This document shows positions 8,001 to 19,800 of a stretch of 64,000 nucleotides of DNA, piece by piece (position 1 is the stretch's first letter; the number at the start of each line of letters is the position of its first letter). Position numbers and translations under genes: made by a program. The notes under the pieces were generated by a model. The model worked only from the letters and a program-made list of their open reading frames with translations, searched no databases and was not told the origin of the DNA. This stretch comes from a virus. Location: IMG/VR virus record IMGVR_UViG_3300048088_000314, positions 26,805 through 90,804 of that record. One strand, given 5' to 3'.

Positions 8001-10868
8001 TCCGCGCCATTGGCGCCGGCGCCGGTTTTCCCGGATACGGGCGGCTCAGGCACCATGGATATCCTGCAGGCGCATCAGGCTGTCTCAGATGCGCTCGACC
8101 AGGCGGGGCCTCGGAAACACGCTGTCGAGGCACCCGGGATCCCGCCGACTATTCCACCGGCGGTCAGTCCGGATACGGCGATAATGCTGCAGGCGCACGA
8201 CGACGAAGGCAACGCGATCGACACCACGCCCGAACCGACTCCGCGCGGAGTCGAACCGCCGACACCAGAACTGCGCGCAACCCCAACCTCACCGCGTAAT
8301 GAACAGGTATCGCAGGCGACCCAGGACGTTCTCCGGGAGCACGGCGAGATGCCGAGCGAGCCGTTCTATGGACGCGCCATCCCGTTCAGCCAGTTGCCCG
8401 AGCGCGGCGGTGGACCGCCAGTCCAGTACGGCATGCCGAGCGAAGGGCGCGGCGGAATTGGCATGCCGAGCGAGGCTGCCGTTCCGGTCACTCCTACGGG
8501 AATCAAGGGCGGAATCGGCACCGACTATGTCGAGCCGCCACCGCCGGATTGGACCCAGCCGGAGTATTGGACCCGGCAGCGCTACGAGCAGTGGAACCCG
8601 GCGACTCAGCCGGTGCCGTCCGCGCCCGCCGCTCCAACGCCGATGCCGCAGAGGCCTGTCGTCGCTACAGAAGGCCCGATGCCGCAGAGACAGGTCACCC
8701 CGCCTGCTACCGCAGAAGCGCCGGCAGCAGCGCCCGAAGCGCCAGCGGTCACGACGCCGACGACGGTATCGGCGGCGACCAAGCCAGACCTGTTCGCGCC
8801 AGCGCCGACAACGGCGGCTGCGCCAGCGACGGCTCCCGCCGCAGCGCCGGAGGTCTGGGGCGACTCACTTGGAGTCGGCGTCCACAACGTCCTCAAGAGC
8901 CCAGGCGGCTACCAGCATGGCGGCGACGATCCAAAGACGGTTTTCGGCGAGATCAGGAAGCAGCCAGAAAACCATTGGCAGGGCAAGGACGTGATCCTGT
9001 CGAGCGGCACCAACGGCAACGACATGCCGACCGTCCTCGAGACGATGAATTATCTCAAGGGACACGGCGCCAACGTCGCGGTCATTGGCTATGGTTCGAA
9101 GTACGCCGACAGGGACGCGCAGCTTCAGCAGTACGCCAAGGATGCCGGCGTTGCCTATGTCAAGGCGGGAGTCAATGACGGCACCCACATGAGCCCGGGT
9201 GGCTATGCGGACGCCACGGCGCGGGCCCAGCAGGCGCTCGCGACTTCTCGGGCTCCGAGAGCCATGGCTGATGGCGATGTCTATGCGTCCGATCCCAAGT
9301 CGCCGAACTCTGGCGCGGTCATCCCGAGCACCCCGACGCCAGCCGCGCCGGATGCGCGCAAATCTGCCGCGCAAACGAACGCGAAAACCGCTATCGACAC
9401 AATGGCGGGGCTCGGCGGCAGCAAGGTATTCCAGGCCGCAGGCCTTACCCATGCCATGTACGAGGGCGGGTTCGCTGACAATTGGGTGTTGAGCGGTATC
9501 CCCGGCGAGGACAGTCGCGGTCATTTGCAATTCAACGCGAACGGGCAGCGTCCGCTTTACGAGCGATGGCTGGCGGCTAACGGGAAACCTGTGGATTCGC
9601 ACAGCACGGCTGATCAGTTCGCCTACATGACCCAGTGGGTGAAGACGCATCATCCGGAGGCGTTGACGACCAATGATCCGCGGGTGGCGATGGATGCCAT
9701 CGGCGATTTCGAGCACTATACGGGATACGCGCCGGGCCAGGGCCAGCGGATGGGGAATTACCCAATCGCGGAGAAGATGGTCAACGGCGATCTCAGCGTG
9801 ACCCCGAGCGGGCCGATCGGCGGCACCCGCGGTGGTGGAGGCGCCGGTGGTGGCGCCGCGGGCGCAGGAACGGGGGCGAACCCCAACGCCCCTCCCGCAA
9901 CGCCGGAGAACGTCAGCAACGCCGCCCGGCAACTCTCCGCCCAGGCTCCGCCGCACGAGCGCAACGCCCTTTACACGTGGCTGCACAGCCCCGGCGGGAT
10001 GCTGTTTATGATCGGCGCCGGCATGCTCGCCTCCGGATCGCCGTACCCCGGCGTCGCGCTGGGCCAGGGTCTCGAGTTCGCGGCCAAGGGGCTGATGACG
10101 GGCGAGGCCCAGGAGAACAAGAACGAGCTCGCCGAGATCCGCGCCGAGCACTACCGCGAGATGGCGGATGCAGCCGCGGGTAAGCTGGGCCTGACCCAGC
10201 AACTCGGCGAGGGCCGGCTGGCGAACCAGCAGACGCAACTCCAGTTGACCGCTGAGCGTCTGGCCAATTCGCAGCAGGTCGCGCAGAACAACATCCTCAT
10301 CGCGACCCAGAAACTCGACTTGGCCAAGAGCGCGGAGGAGCGTCGACTGGCCGAGGGACAGCGCCGCGATGCGATCAAGATGATGATCGGCCTCCAGCCG
10401 AAGGGTGAGATGGCGATCCTCCAGGCAGTGATGGATCAGCCGAATGGACCCAAGACGATCCCCGAGGCTGAGGCGGCGATTGCCGCGGCGAAGCGTGATC
10501 CTTCCAAGGCACAGGGGGTCCAGGTCGCGATCGAGGCCGAGGCGCGCAAGCGAGCCTCCCTCGATCTGCAGGCGCACAATGCCGACCCGACCAACATCGG
10601 GCGCACCTTCGATACCCAGGCCGCGACCAAGCAGCACCTGGACGAGCTCCGGGCGACATTGGGGGCGACTGCGGCGCCCGCGGCACCCGCTCCGGCCGCT
10701 CCCGCTGCAGCGCCGCAAGGGGCGCCCGCAGCGCAAGGTGCAAAGCCCGATTGGGCAGTCCCCGTCCTGGGCGATCAGCATTACCTGGATGGCAAGCCGA
10801 TATTCACTGACGGAAGGGCGTGGTATTTCGGCGATCACACGCCGGCGGGAGCCGCCGCAACCCAGTAA
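5064..10868 (+). CDS. large DNA-ejection/virion protein with SGNH hydrolase and phage-tail-lysozyme-like domains
   Basis: Gln-rich pilot-like N-terminus (YLNPY); GDS...GTN...DGTH at 8859-9188; lysozyme-like E..G.LQF..R..QF.Y..FE at about 9380-9780. Confidence 0.8.
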   Translation: MSSQGATTTTSSAPPPQVMQNYTQLTGAATGVAQQPLNLYTAPVVAGFTPQQQQAFQDVQNASGIQTPYINAAAQEYATATTPLWPTLPTFGTGSVNTYLNPYTTDVTNQLTNLYDQQNAQAAAQLAGQSTTAGAYGGDREAVAQGIQTQQEQMAQAPTLAQVQQQGYQQAVNEFNNQQATQLAAEQANSWLASQAGFGLAGLGSQAQSAALQGASAEMQAGAAQQALAQQQLNVPYQQYQQTQAYPYQQLSFLTPIVEGTGSLSGGTGSTTQPPPSMLGQVAGAATAGAGLINAFPSSPSYPPVDYATNPTGGFARGGRLGFADGGGIGSGGLNLPGSPSGGIGTLNFPDLSISFIPPPPTSAGGKSMFNPTQPDVTTTTSGGGGGILGAVGPLLTIAKFVVPLIGAKDGGAMREHRAAGGTGGIGDYTSLATPALPVPTLELPWLKMMQHQQGSHMGAGPPKAPTPGAAPDPMKGVQDLGGAVGSLGKLFNSDSTGGDYGGGGDSTTTGKSGGGAIGRAHYQTGGPGPTSVPTSVMAQFGGAPPNVQSQLQQLLQLPLAQLQEMAVQYPPTTSQGQMIAQAIAQKQATPGSGTAPQTPAPQQPFVGLGGSGGSTGGTASLATSPESYGGTSHLASGGQAEAADTRGYVTPEELDPRPVVDHSGSTVKVNYPSEGKSLDLGLPPIRPERRAAGGSAGAAMPVVPHVSLSGGEWAPVPTSDASAPAHLPITGPANNAPLGGTQQAGENNTSPAAFFTSSMPTANGVAIPQLSNQMFGPVQGVTPGSGLPGWYAPLPQQTVFGTGPGGSTIFPTSTAFTPAMAPITSVYGGSVPTWAGGSSAPAPATGGTMTQDQIDQMNAATTAANYAQAASGYKRGGRFGEGGGIGGSRPFRGHFDEGGDLNPGDELPIPSAPVDAGYVDAGVAGSGAGPGTLDLLQEREAEDRVRADRALAKITASAEGKGGIGKSVTGHPMLMREPSAPLAPAPVFPDTGGSGTMDILQAHQAVSDALDQAGPRKHAVEAPGIPPTIPPAVSPDTAIMLQAHDDEGNAIDTTPEPTPRGVEPPTPELRATPTSPRNEQVSQATQDVLREHGEMPSEPFYGRAIPFSQLPERGGGPPVQYGMPSEGRGGIGMPSEAAVPVTPTGIKGGIGTDYVEPPPPDWTQPEYWTRQRYEQWNPATQPVPSAPAAPTPMPQRPVVATEGPMPQRQVTPPATAEAPAAAPEAPAVTTPTTVSAATKPDLFAPAPTTAAAPATAPAAAPEVWGDSLGVGVHNVLKSPGGYQHGGDDPKTVFGEIRKQPENHWQGKDVILSSGTNGNDMPTVLETMNYLKGHGANVAVIGYGSKYADRDAQLQQYAKDAGVAYVKAGVNDGTHMSPGGYADATARAQQALATSRAPRAMADGDVYASDPKSPNSGAVIPSTPTPAAPDARKSAAQTNAKTAIDTMAGLGGSKVFQAAGLTHAMYEGGFADNWVLSGIPGEDSRGHLQFNANGQRPLYERWLAANGKPVDSHSTADQFAYMTQWVKTHHPEALTTNDPRVAMDAIGDFEHYTGYAPGQGQRMGNYPIAEKMVNGDLSVTPSGPIGGTRGGGGAGGGAAGAGTGANPNAPPATPENVSNAARQLSAQAPPHERNALYTWLHSPGGMLFMIGAGMLASGSPYPGVALGQGLEFAAKGLMTGEAQENKNELAEIRAEHYREMADAAAGKLGLTQQLGEGRLANQQTQLQLTAERLANSQQVAQNNILIATQKLDLAKSAEERRLAEGQRRDAIKMMIGLQPKGEMAILQAVMDQPNGPKTIPEAEAAIAAAKRDPSKAQGVQVAIEAEARKRASLDLQAHNADPTNIGRTFDTQAATKQHLDELRATLGATAAPAAPAPAAPAAAPQGAPAAQGAKPDWAVPVLGDQHYLDGKPIFTDGRAWYFGDHTPAGAAATQ

Positions 10869-10882
10869 TCAAAGGTTAGAGT

Positions 10883-13800
10883 ATGCTGCGTGACGGAGGC
10901 AGACCGGGGTTTGCGGAAGGTGGCGACTCTGGCGACCAAGTCATCCCGTCTGACTTGCCGCCTCCGCCGCCCGGCGCGACCACAGAGCCGCCGCAGGAAC
11001 TGCCGCCGCTTCCAGCCGGCGCGACGCTTACGCCGCCTCCGCCGCCACCAGGCGCGACGACCACGCCGCCGTCACTCTTTGCCAAAGATAAACCCCTGGT
11101 TCCCAAAACCCAGGACGACATCAGAACCTCGGCGCCGGGATCTTGGATCAAGGATCCTCTAACGGGGGCGCTTTATCAAAAGCCTGTTCCTGCGCCTGCC
11201 GAAAAAGCGCCAGCACCAAAGCTGGATTTCCGCGGTCTTACCCCCGAGCCAACGCCAAGTGTCATGGGCGCGGCGGGGCGCGGTTTTGAGCGGGGTGTTG
11301 GCCCCGCCGCTGGTGGATTCGTCGGTGCTGGCGCACTCGGAGAGGCGGGTGCCATTGGAGGCGCAGCCGTTGCCGGACCTCCCGGCGCTTTGGTTGGTGG
11401 CATAGCTGGGGCGCTTACGGGCGCTCTGGGTGGCGGCTACGCTGTTGGCGCCGCCCAGAATTGGTTACTCAAACAATTGCCGGACAGCGTTCAGCGATGG
11501 CTCGGGCAAAGCGATGAGCAGCAGGCGGCTGATGTCGAGGCACATGGTATCCCGGCAGAATTGGGCGAGTTTCTCCCAAACTTGATCGCCGCGCCACCAC
11601 GTCTCGCTGCCGCGGCCATTCGTGAAGGGGCCGGAGCAGTCGAGCGATTGCTGACGAGTCGATTTGGTGCGCCAGTGACGGGTGCCGCGATCATGGGCGG
11701 CCAAAGTGTGGCACAACAGGAACTCGCGAAAGGCGAAATCAGTCCAAAGGAAACAGCGATTGCGGCAGGCGAAGGCCTGTTGATGGGGCACCCGAGCCCG
11801 ATTGGTGAGCGACTTCTGAGTGCGGGCGCGAGGCCGGTTCGAGCAATCACCGGGAGAGGAGAGCCGACACCGGGCGGAGAGGGCGGTGGTGCCGGTCAGG
11901 AAGGTGGCGCACCGCCTCCCGCTCTCGGCGAGGTCATGGGCATCCCCATGGGCGACAACAACGTGCAGCGCATGACGGTTTCCCGGGTCACCCCGGAAGG
12001 CGATGTGGTGCTTGTCGACCAAGCGGGGCTGGCTCATCCTATGACGGCGGCGGATGTAGCCCGCCTGCGCACCGAGCCACCTCCCGAGGAAGCCGCGCCG
12101 AGTGCCGAGACGCCACCGCCCCCAGGGACGCCGCCAGCAGGCGAAGCGCCCCCCCCCGAAGGTGAGACTCGCCCGCCGCCAGCGGGTGCCGCGGGCGTAA
12201 CGCCCAGCTTCGACATCTTCCCACCGGACGAACTGCCGCCAGCACCGCCGGGGGCGACAAGAGAACCCCCGCCCGCTGAACCGCCGCCGGCAGCCGCGCC
12301 AGCCGCTCAAGTAGCCGCCGCAGATCAGGCCGCTGCTGCGGAGCGCGCAGCGACCGCCGCACAGGCACCGGCGCAGCCCGGCGAACTCGACCAGCGCATC
12401 GCCGCGGATCAGGCCGACGTTGCCGCGGCGCAGGCCGGCGCTGCGGAGCCGGCACCTGCTGCTGCTCCAGCCGCAGCCCCGGCGCTACCGGACGGCTATC
12501 GGATCGAGCCCTTCGAGGGCGCCACCGTTACCGGCAACCCGGTAACGCGCTACCGCTTGATCGGGCCGTCTGGGAACATGATGGCCGAGGGCGGCAATCT
12601 CACGGAATTGGCCGCTCATGCCCGGCGGGTAGCGGCGATCCGCGCCGCGCCGACTCCGCGCGGAGTCGAGCCGGCTCCCGAGCAAGCGCCACCCGCTCCC
12701 GAGCCAGCGGCGGCACCAGAAGCCCGCCCAGCGCAGGAAGCGCCGCCGCCCCCTGTTGCGGCACCCGAGCCGGTTGAGGCCGCTCCCGCGCCCCCAGAGC
12801 CGGCCGCCGCTACACCGGAAGCGGAGAATGGCGGCTACAAAGTTGTATCCCGGAATAATGGCATTCGAGAGTTCTGGTGGATACAGCGACCGGATGGTTC
12901 GCTTGTCGGGCCAGGAAGATCAGGAACGGCAGTCGAGACCCGCGAAGAAGCCGAATGGGCTCTGCCCTACTATGTTGAGGCTGGCAAGTTGATTGCTGCC
13001 AAGACTTCGCCGCCAGAGCCTGTCGCGCCAGCCGCCGCCGAGCCAGCCAACACGCCAGTCGTCACCCAGGAGAAGCACACCAAGACCGGCGCTGACCTGT
13101 GGTTCGTCCGCTTCCCCGAGAAGACGACGGGGCTGGGGCCGCTGGCGCGCTCGCTCAAGGGGTATTGGTCGGCCTTCCGCGGCGGCGGCATGCAGCCGGG
13201 CTGGGCCTTCAAGAGCCTTGAAGCTGCCAACGAGTTCGCTACCCGGGCACGGTTGCCTGGCGAAAAGCCGACGCCAATCCCGGAGGGCGCAGCACCACCG
13301 GCGGTAGAGACGACGCCAGAGTCATCGCCGGCTCAGCCCGAAGCCGCGACACCGCCGGCCGCTCTGGCCTATGTTTCGACGCTACGTGATCCCGCGCGGC
13401 GCGAGTACGCGACGCAATACCTCCGGTATCTCCTGGGACGCCGCGACGAACCGGATACCGATCTCTCGCCGATGGCGCAGCAGGGCATCAGGCTGCGTCT
13501 CGATGAGTTGGCTGGAAGCCGCGCCGGGCCGGCAGGTGAGCCGATGCCGCCGAGCGGCGAGCGCCCCGCTGCGCCGCCATCACCGTTCGACGCTTGGGCC
13601 GACGAGGTTTTCAAGGTTTACCAAGAGCAGGGGTCGGAAGCCGCAAACACCCTCTTTGATACGATCGCCACGCGCGAGAATCTGTCGGTGGAGCAATGGT
13701 CCCAGATTTCTCAGCAGGTGCGCGACCGCGTCGAGGCGGCCAGCCTCCCGTGGGGAAAGGGAGTGAATTACGTCCCGCCAGAGCGGCCTGTTGAAACGCC

Positions 13801-16800
13801 GGCCGGTCCACGGCCTGTCGAGGATGCAGCGGCTACGGAGCGCCGCAACTTCGTAGACGCTCTGAATTTGACGAACAGCGTCGAAAGAAACGGTGCCCGC
13901 TACTCGATTGAGAACCAGGATGGACGATTCCGCGGGGTCGTCGGCGGAGAGGGGCTAACCCCGGCATACATCGGGGAGTGGACTCCGAACCGAGGCAGCG
14001 CAATACAGGCGGCGCGAGATTATGCTTTCAGGGCAGAAACGCCGGAGCCACCGCGCGCCGAACCTATCGCCGAGACGCGCGCAGAGGCGGAACGTGCAGA
14101 GCCAGCCCCGCGGGAAGAGCCGGCCGCGCCGCGCGCCGAGGCCAAGCCTGCCGTTACGCCCGCCGCCGGCACCCCCATGTGGGCGCACATCGGAAAGAAT
14201 TATCTCGACCGCGACCTCTACCGCGACAAGAACGGCGTGCGGTCCTACGTCGATGACAACGGTATCCGCCACACCGAGCCGGTCCAGATCATCCCGACCC
14301 GTGGCGGCATGCGCTACAGCACCGCGGAGCCGCTCAACAAGGATCCGGAGTGGCAGGTCGCCCAGCCGCGCGACGCTTACGAGGACGAGCACGGCCTCCC
14401 GATCGAGAAGGAATACTACCGGAAGGAGCCGGAGAACCTGGAACAGAGGATCGCGCGGCAGCTTGAGAACGCCCGCGAGGTCACCGAAGCCAACCCGACA
14501 AGAGCAGAGATCGAGGCCGGCAACTACCCGAAGGGCCGGGTCAACTTCTACGGTATTCCCTTCGTCATGGAGAACGCACGCGGTGCGCTGCGTGAAGGTA
14601 TCGACGAACATGGCGAGCCATGGGAATCCCAATTGGCTGCCGATTATGGCTACATCTCGCGCACCGTTGGGGCGGAGGGCACCGATAACGTCGATGCGTT
14701 CATCGGCCCTGACCTGGGGAGCCAACAGGCCTTTGTGATCGACCAGTTCGACCCGGACGACGGGTTTGACGAACACAAGGTGATGCTCGGCTACAAGGAC
14801 TGGCCGGCGGCGCGCGACGCCTATCTCGATTCGTTCTCCGATGGCCGCGGTGGCGAACGCCTCGGCAACTACACGCCGATGTCGCTCGACCAACTCAAGG
14901 CATGGCTGGACACCGGCGACACCCGCAACCCGATCGGCCAACAGGCCTTGCCGCTTGGACGAGAGGAGCCGACCCGTGGAGTTCAAAACGCCGTACCTCC
15001 TGGCGATGAGGGAGAGAGACCCGCAACTGTTCAACGCCCTGCGGAGGAACGGGGAAATGAACCGGCACCTGCAGCAGAAGAGCGAGCAGGCGCACCAACT
15101 CCTCGAGGAGATCTTGAAGCACGATCCGAAGCCATCCTTGCCGAAGATGAGGGAGGCGGAGGAGATCGTGCTGGCGACGCTGATCGAGTTCCCGGCGGAC
15201 AACGAGAGGGAGCCGAGCCAGGAGCCGCCGCAGGACCTGCCGACACATCCGGGGCAATTCGGCCGCCGACGCGGGAGATAGACCTCGAGCCGGGCAAGGA
15301 GGTTGGCGTTCCGTCTCAGGCGGGGCGCGTGGTGGATTGGGAGGTCAAGGGCACCAACTTCCCGCTGACCGCCGAGGCTATCTCCGAGAACCGCTCACCG
15401 CTTGCCAAGGCGCGCGACAACCTTGCCGCGATCGAACTGGCGAAGCGCCTCGTCGCCGAGAAACGCCCGGCGACCCGCGCAGAACAGGCGCTGCTCGCCC
15501 GCTATGTCGGCTGGGGTGGAGTCTCCGGTGCGTTCAAGGACAGGGCTGGCAATTTCCGCAAAGGGTTCGAGGATGTTGGCCAGCGCTTAGCGCAGGTGCT
15601 GACCAAGCCGGAATACGACGCCGCGGCGCAGTCAACGCTGTATGCCCACTACACTAGCGAGCCAGTCATTAAGGCCATGTGGTCGGCGATGCAGCGTATG
15701 GGGTTCAAGGGCGGGAGCGTGTTCGAGCCGGGCATGGGCATCGGCCACTTCCTCGGGTTCATGCCGCCCGACATAGCGCAGACGTCACGGTATCACGGGC
15801 TCGAGATCGACCCGATGACCGCGACGATCGCCAAGCTGCTCTACCCGGAGTCGGGCATTAGGCAAGCTGACTTCAAGAGCACGCCCTATCCCGAGAATGT
15901 GTTTGATATCGCGATCGGCAATCCGCCGTTCCACGATGTCGTCGTCCAGAGCGACCCCAAGTATCGTGCGCGCGGCTTTGTGCTGCACGACTACTTCTTT
16001 GCCAAGAGCCTCGACAGCGTGCGCCCCGGTGGGTTGCTGGGCTTCATCACCAGCGCCGGCACGATGAACAAGCTCGACACCAAGGCGCGGAAATATCTCG
16101 CCGACCGGGCGGAGTTCGTCGGCGGGGTGCGCATGCCGTCGTCGACTTTCGCGCGCTCAGCCAATACCGAAGTCACCACCGACATCTTGTTCTTCAAGAA
16201 GCGGGGGCAGATCCTCGACCATGCCGAGAACGAGTTGCCCGAATGGACCCAGACGGTGCAGCGCGACCTGCCGAACCGCGCCGGCGAGATTATGGGGGCG
16301 AACGTCAATCGCTATTTCAGCGAGCATCCCGAACAGGTCCTCGGTGAAGAGGGGATGTTCGACAAGCTGGTTGCCGGCGAGCGCTATGCGGTGCGACCGA
16401 CCCCGGGGATGGACGTTCCTGCCGCGCTGAATGAGGCATTGGCGCGGCTCCCTGAGAACATAATGACCGAGGCCCCGTCGCCGAAGGAACTCGCCGAACT
16501 CGATTTCTCCCGCGACGAGCGTAAGGACGGCAGCTTCTACGAAGCGCCGGACGGCACGCTGATGCAGTATCGCGACGGCGCTGGCCGCCCGGTGGCACGG
16601 CGCGGCGCCGGTGTCGAGGGTGGCCGGACCTCCGCTGAGATGAAACTGATCCGGGAGCTTGTCCCGATCCGTGACGCGATGCGGGCGGTCTATCGTGCCG
16701 ATCTGGGGGGCGGCGAGGAAGCCATCGCCGCGCGCACCGAGTTTAACCGGGTCTACGACGAGTTCGTTTCCCGCCGCGGCCCGCTCAACAAGACCGAGTA

Positions 16801-19800
16801 TTCCTACCGTAGACCGACCCCGGCACAGCTTGAGAATCTGCGCTCCGAGGCTCGCGAGGACGCGCGTGACCTGGGTCGCGAGTTTGACGAGGGCGATTTC
16901 GACGCCCGGCCGCTTATCGAAAAAAAGGCCTCGGCAGCGGCCATCGCGTCAGCCCGCCAGGAAGCGCGCAACCGTGCCGCAGCCGAGGGGCGTGAGTTCA
17001 ACGAAGGGACGTTCGACCCGGCGGATGTTCCCGACATCACCATCCCCAAGAAGGAAAACCTCGACGCTTTCAGCCAGGACCCCGAGCACCATCGCCTTGC
17101 GGCGATCGAGCAATACGACGACCGCACTGGCGTCGCGACGAAGCGCACGATCTTCTTCGAGAACCCGCTCGACGTCCGGCCCGAGCCGCAAGTCAATTCG
17201 GCCAACGACGGTGTGCTGTGGTCCCTCAACCAGCATGGCAAACTTGACCTCGACCAGATCGCCGAGAAGCTGGGAAAGTCGCGCGATGACGTGATCAAGG
17301 AACTGGGTGACAGCGTCTATCGGGTTCCCGGCACCGACGAAACCTACCAGACCGCCGACGAATATCTGTCGGGCGACGTGGTCTCAAAGCTGGAAGAGGC
17401 CCGCGCAGCGCTCGAGAGCGATCCGAAGGTACAGCGCAACGTCGAAGCGTTGGAGAAGGTCCAGCCCGCGCCGATCTCGCCTGCGGACATTTCGATCCGC
17501 CTTGGTATGCCGTGGATGGGGACCAAGGAAGTCGGCGACTTCATGCGCGAAGGGCTCAACCTGGGGGGCGGCGCAGAGGCACGCTATCTGCCGGCGCTGG
17601 GTCGTTGGATCGTCGGCCTGGGCGGTGATTATGGCGATGGCCGCGCGGAATGGTCGACCCTGCGCATGAACGCAGAGGACCTCCTTACCCACGCCCTCAA
17701 TCGCACGGCACCGAAGGTATTTGACCCCGGGGAAAAGAAGGGCTCCCGAGTTCTCAACGAGGACGCCACCCAGGCAGCGCAGGATAAAGTCCAGGCGATG
17801 CACGAGGCGTTCGAGCGCTACGTCTACGGCAATGGCAGTCCCGAACAGATCGAGCGGCTCGACCGCATCGCCGCGCTCTATAACGACCGCCACAACCGCG
17901 AAGTCATGCGGCAGTGGAATGGCGACTACCTGACGACGCCGGGTATCGCCAAGGGCTGGTCATGGCGCCCCCATCAGCTTCGCGCTATCGCCCGTATCAT
18001 CCAGAGCGGAAACACGTACATCGCGCACGCGGTCGGCGCCGGCAAAACGTCGGTCGCGATCGGCGCGGCGATGGAGATGCGCCGGCTGGGGCTCGTCCGC
18101 AAGCCGATGATCGTGGTCCCGAACCACATGCTCGGCCAATTCGCCAAGGAGTGGTACGAGCAGTACCCCACGGCCCGTCTGATGATCGCCGACGAGCAGC
18201 GGTTCCACACCGACCGCCGGCGCCAGTTCGTCGCCGACGTGGCGCAGCAAGACCTCGACGGGGTGGTGATCACCAACTCCGCCTTTAAGAAGCTGGCTGT
18301 CTCCAAGGAGTACGAGGCCAAGCTGATCCAGGACGAGATCGCCCAACTCGACGAGGCGATGGAAGGGCTGGGGCAGGATCCAACCAAACTCACGAGTGTC
18401 AGCGCCGGAGCGCGCGACAACATGAGCACGGTCAAAAAGCTCCAATCCAAAAAACTGAAAATGGAGGAGCGGCTCCGAGGCGCCACCGCGACCGACGTTG
18501 ATCAGACGCACACCTTCGAGGAACTCGGCGTCGATTTCATGTTCGTTGACGAGGCGCATCAGTTCCGCAAACTGGCCTTCGCCTCGCAGATGTCCGTGAA
18601 GGGAATCTCGCAGGAAGGCTCGGACATGGCGTGGGACCTCTACGCCAAGACCCGTTACCTCGACGAGCAGAACCCGGGCCGCTCCCTGGTGATGATGTCG
18701 GGCACGCCGGTCACCAACACGATCGGCGAACTCTACTCTCTCAGCCGCTACATGCAGCGCGCGGAATTGGAGAAGCAGGGCATCCCGTCCTTTGATGCCT
18801 GGGCTCAAACCTATGGCCGCGAAGCGACCGAACTCGAGCAGACGGCACAGGGCACCTATGAGCCGGTGACCCGGTTCTCCAAGATCGTCAACGCCCCCGA
18901 GCTCTATAAGATGGTCGGGCAGGTGATGGACGTGGTGACGCCGAACGAACTATCGCAATACGTCATCCGCCCCGCACTGGATAACGGCCAGCGCACGACG
19001 CATCTGGCCGAGCGCTCGATGTGGCTCGACAACTTCCAGGAAGAACTCGGGGATCGCGTGCGGGCGATTCGCAGCCGGAAGGGTCCGCCGTCGAAGGGCG
19101 ACGATATCCTGTTGTCGGTCATCAACGATGGGCGCCTGGGGGCGATCGACCCGCGGTTCATCGATCCGTCCTACGGGACGGGGAATGCGCCGTCGAACAC
19201 GCCGAGCAAGCTGGACACGATGATCGACAATGTTCATCGCATCTGGCGCGATACAGCGAACCAGCCCTTCTACGAACCCGGCACCGGCAAGGAGTTGTTC
19301 CGCGGGCCGGCAACCCAACTGGTGTTCTCGAATCTCGGTATCCAGGGCCGCGATGGCGGGTTCTCCGGCTATCAGCACATGAGGCGGGAGTTGATCCGTC
19401 GCGGCGTGCCCGCGAGCGAGATTTCCTTCGTCAAGGACTTCGATGGCAAACCCTCGGAGAAGCAGCGGCTATTCAACGACATGAATGCGGGCAAGACCCG
19501 TATCCTGATCGGTTCGACCCAGAAGATGGGCACCGGCCTCAACGTGCAGCGCCGACTGGTGGCGGTGCACAATCTTGACCCGCTGTGGTTCCCGGCGGAC
19601 GACGAGCAGCGGGTCGGCCGCATCCTGCGCCAGGGCAATCTCAACCCGACGATCCAGGTGCACGACTACTCGACTAAGGGCACCTACGACTCCACCATGT
19701 GGGGGATGATGGGCCGCAAAGGGCGGTTCATCGAGCAGTTCTTCCGCGGGGATCCTAACCTCCGAGAGATCGAGGACCTGGGCGAGGCCAGCGTCTACGA

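Noticed and set aside
8865-10838. Long antisense ORFs (also 13955-15202, 20450-21637, 40692-41924)
   Set aside because: Shadows of high-GC genes on the opposite strand, with no motifs.
13952-13972. Possible self-target of the duplicated unit read as GGxGAxACxCCxGCxTAxTT
   Set aside because: Only 5 of 7 dinucleotides match, which is expected by chance, and the reading rule is an assumption.
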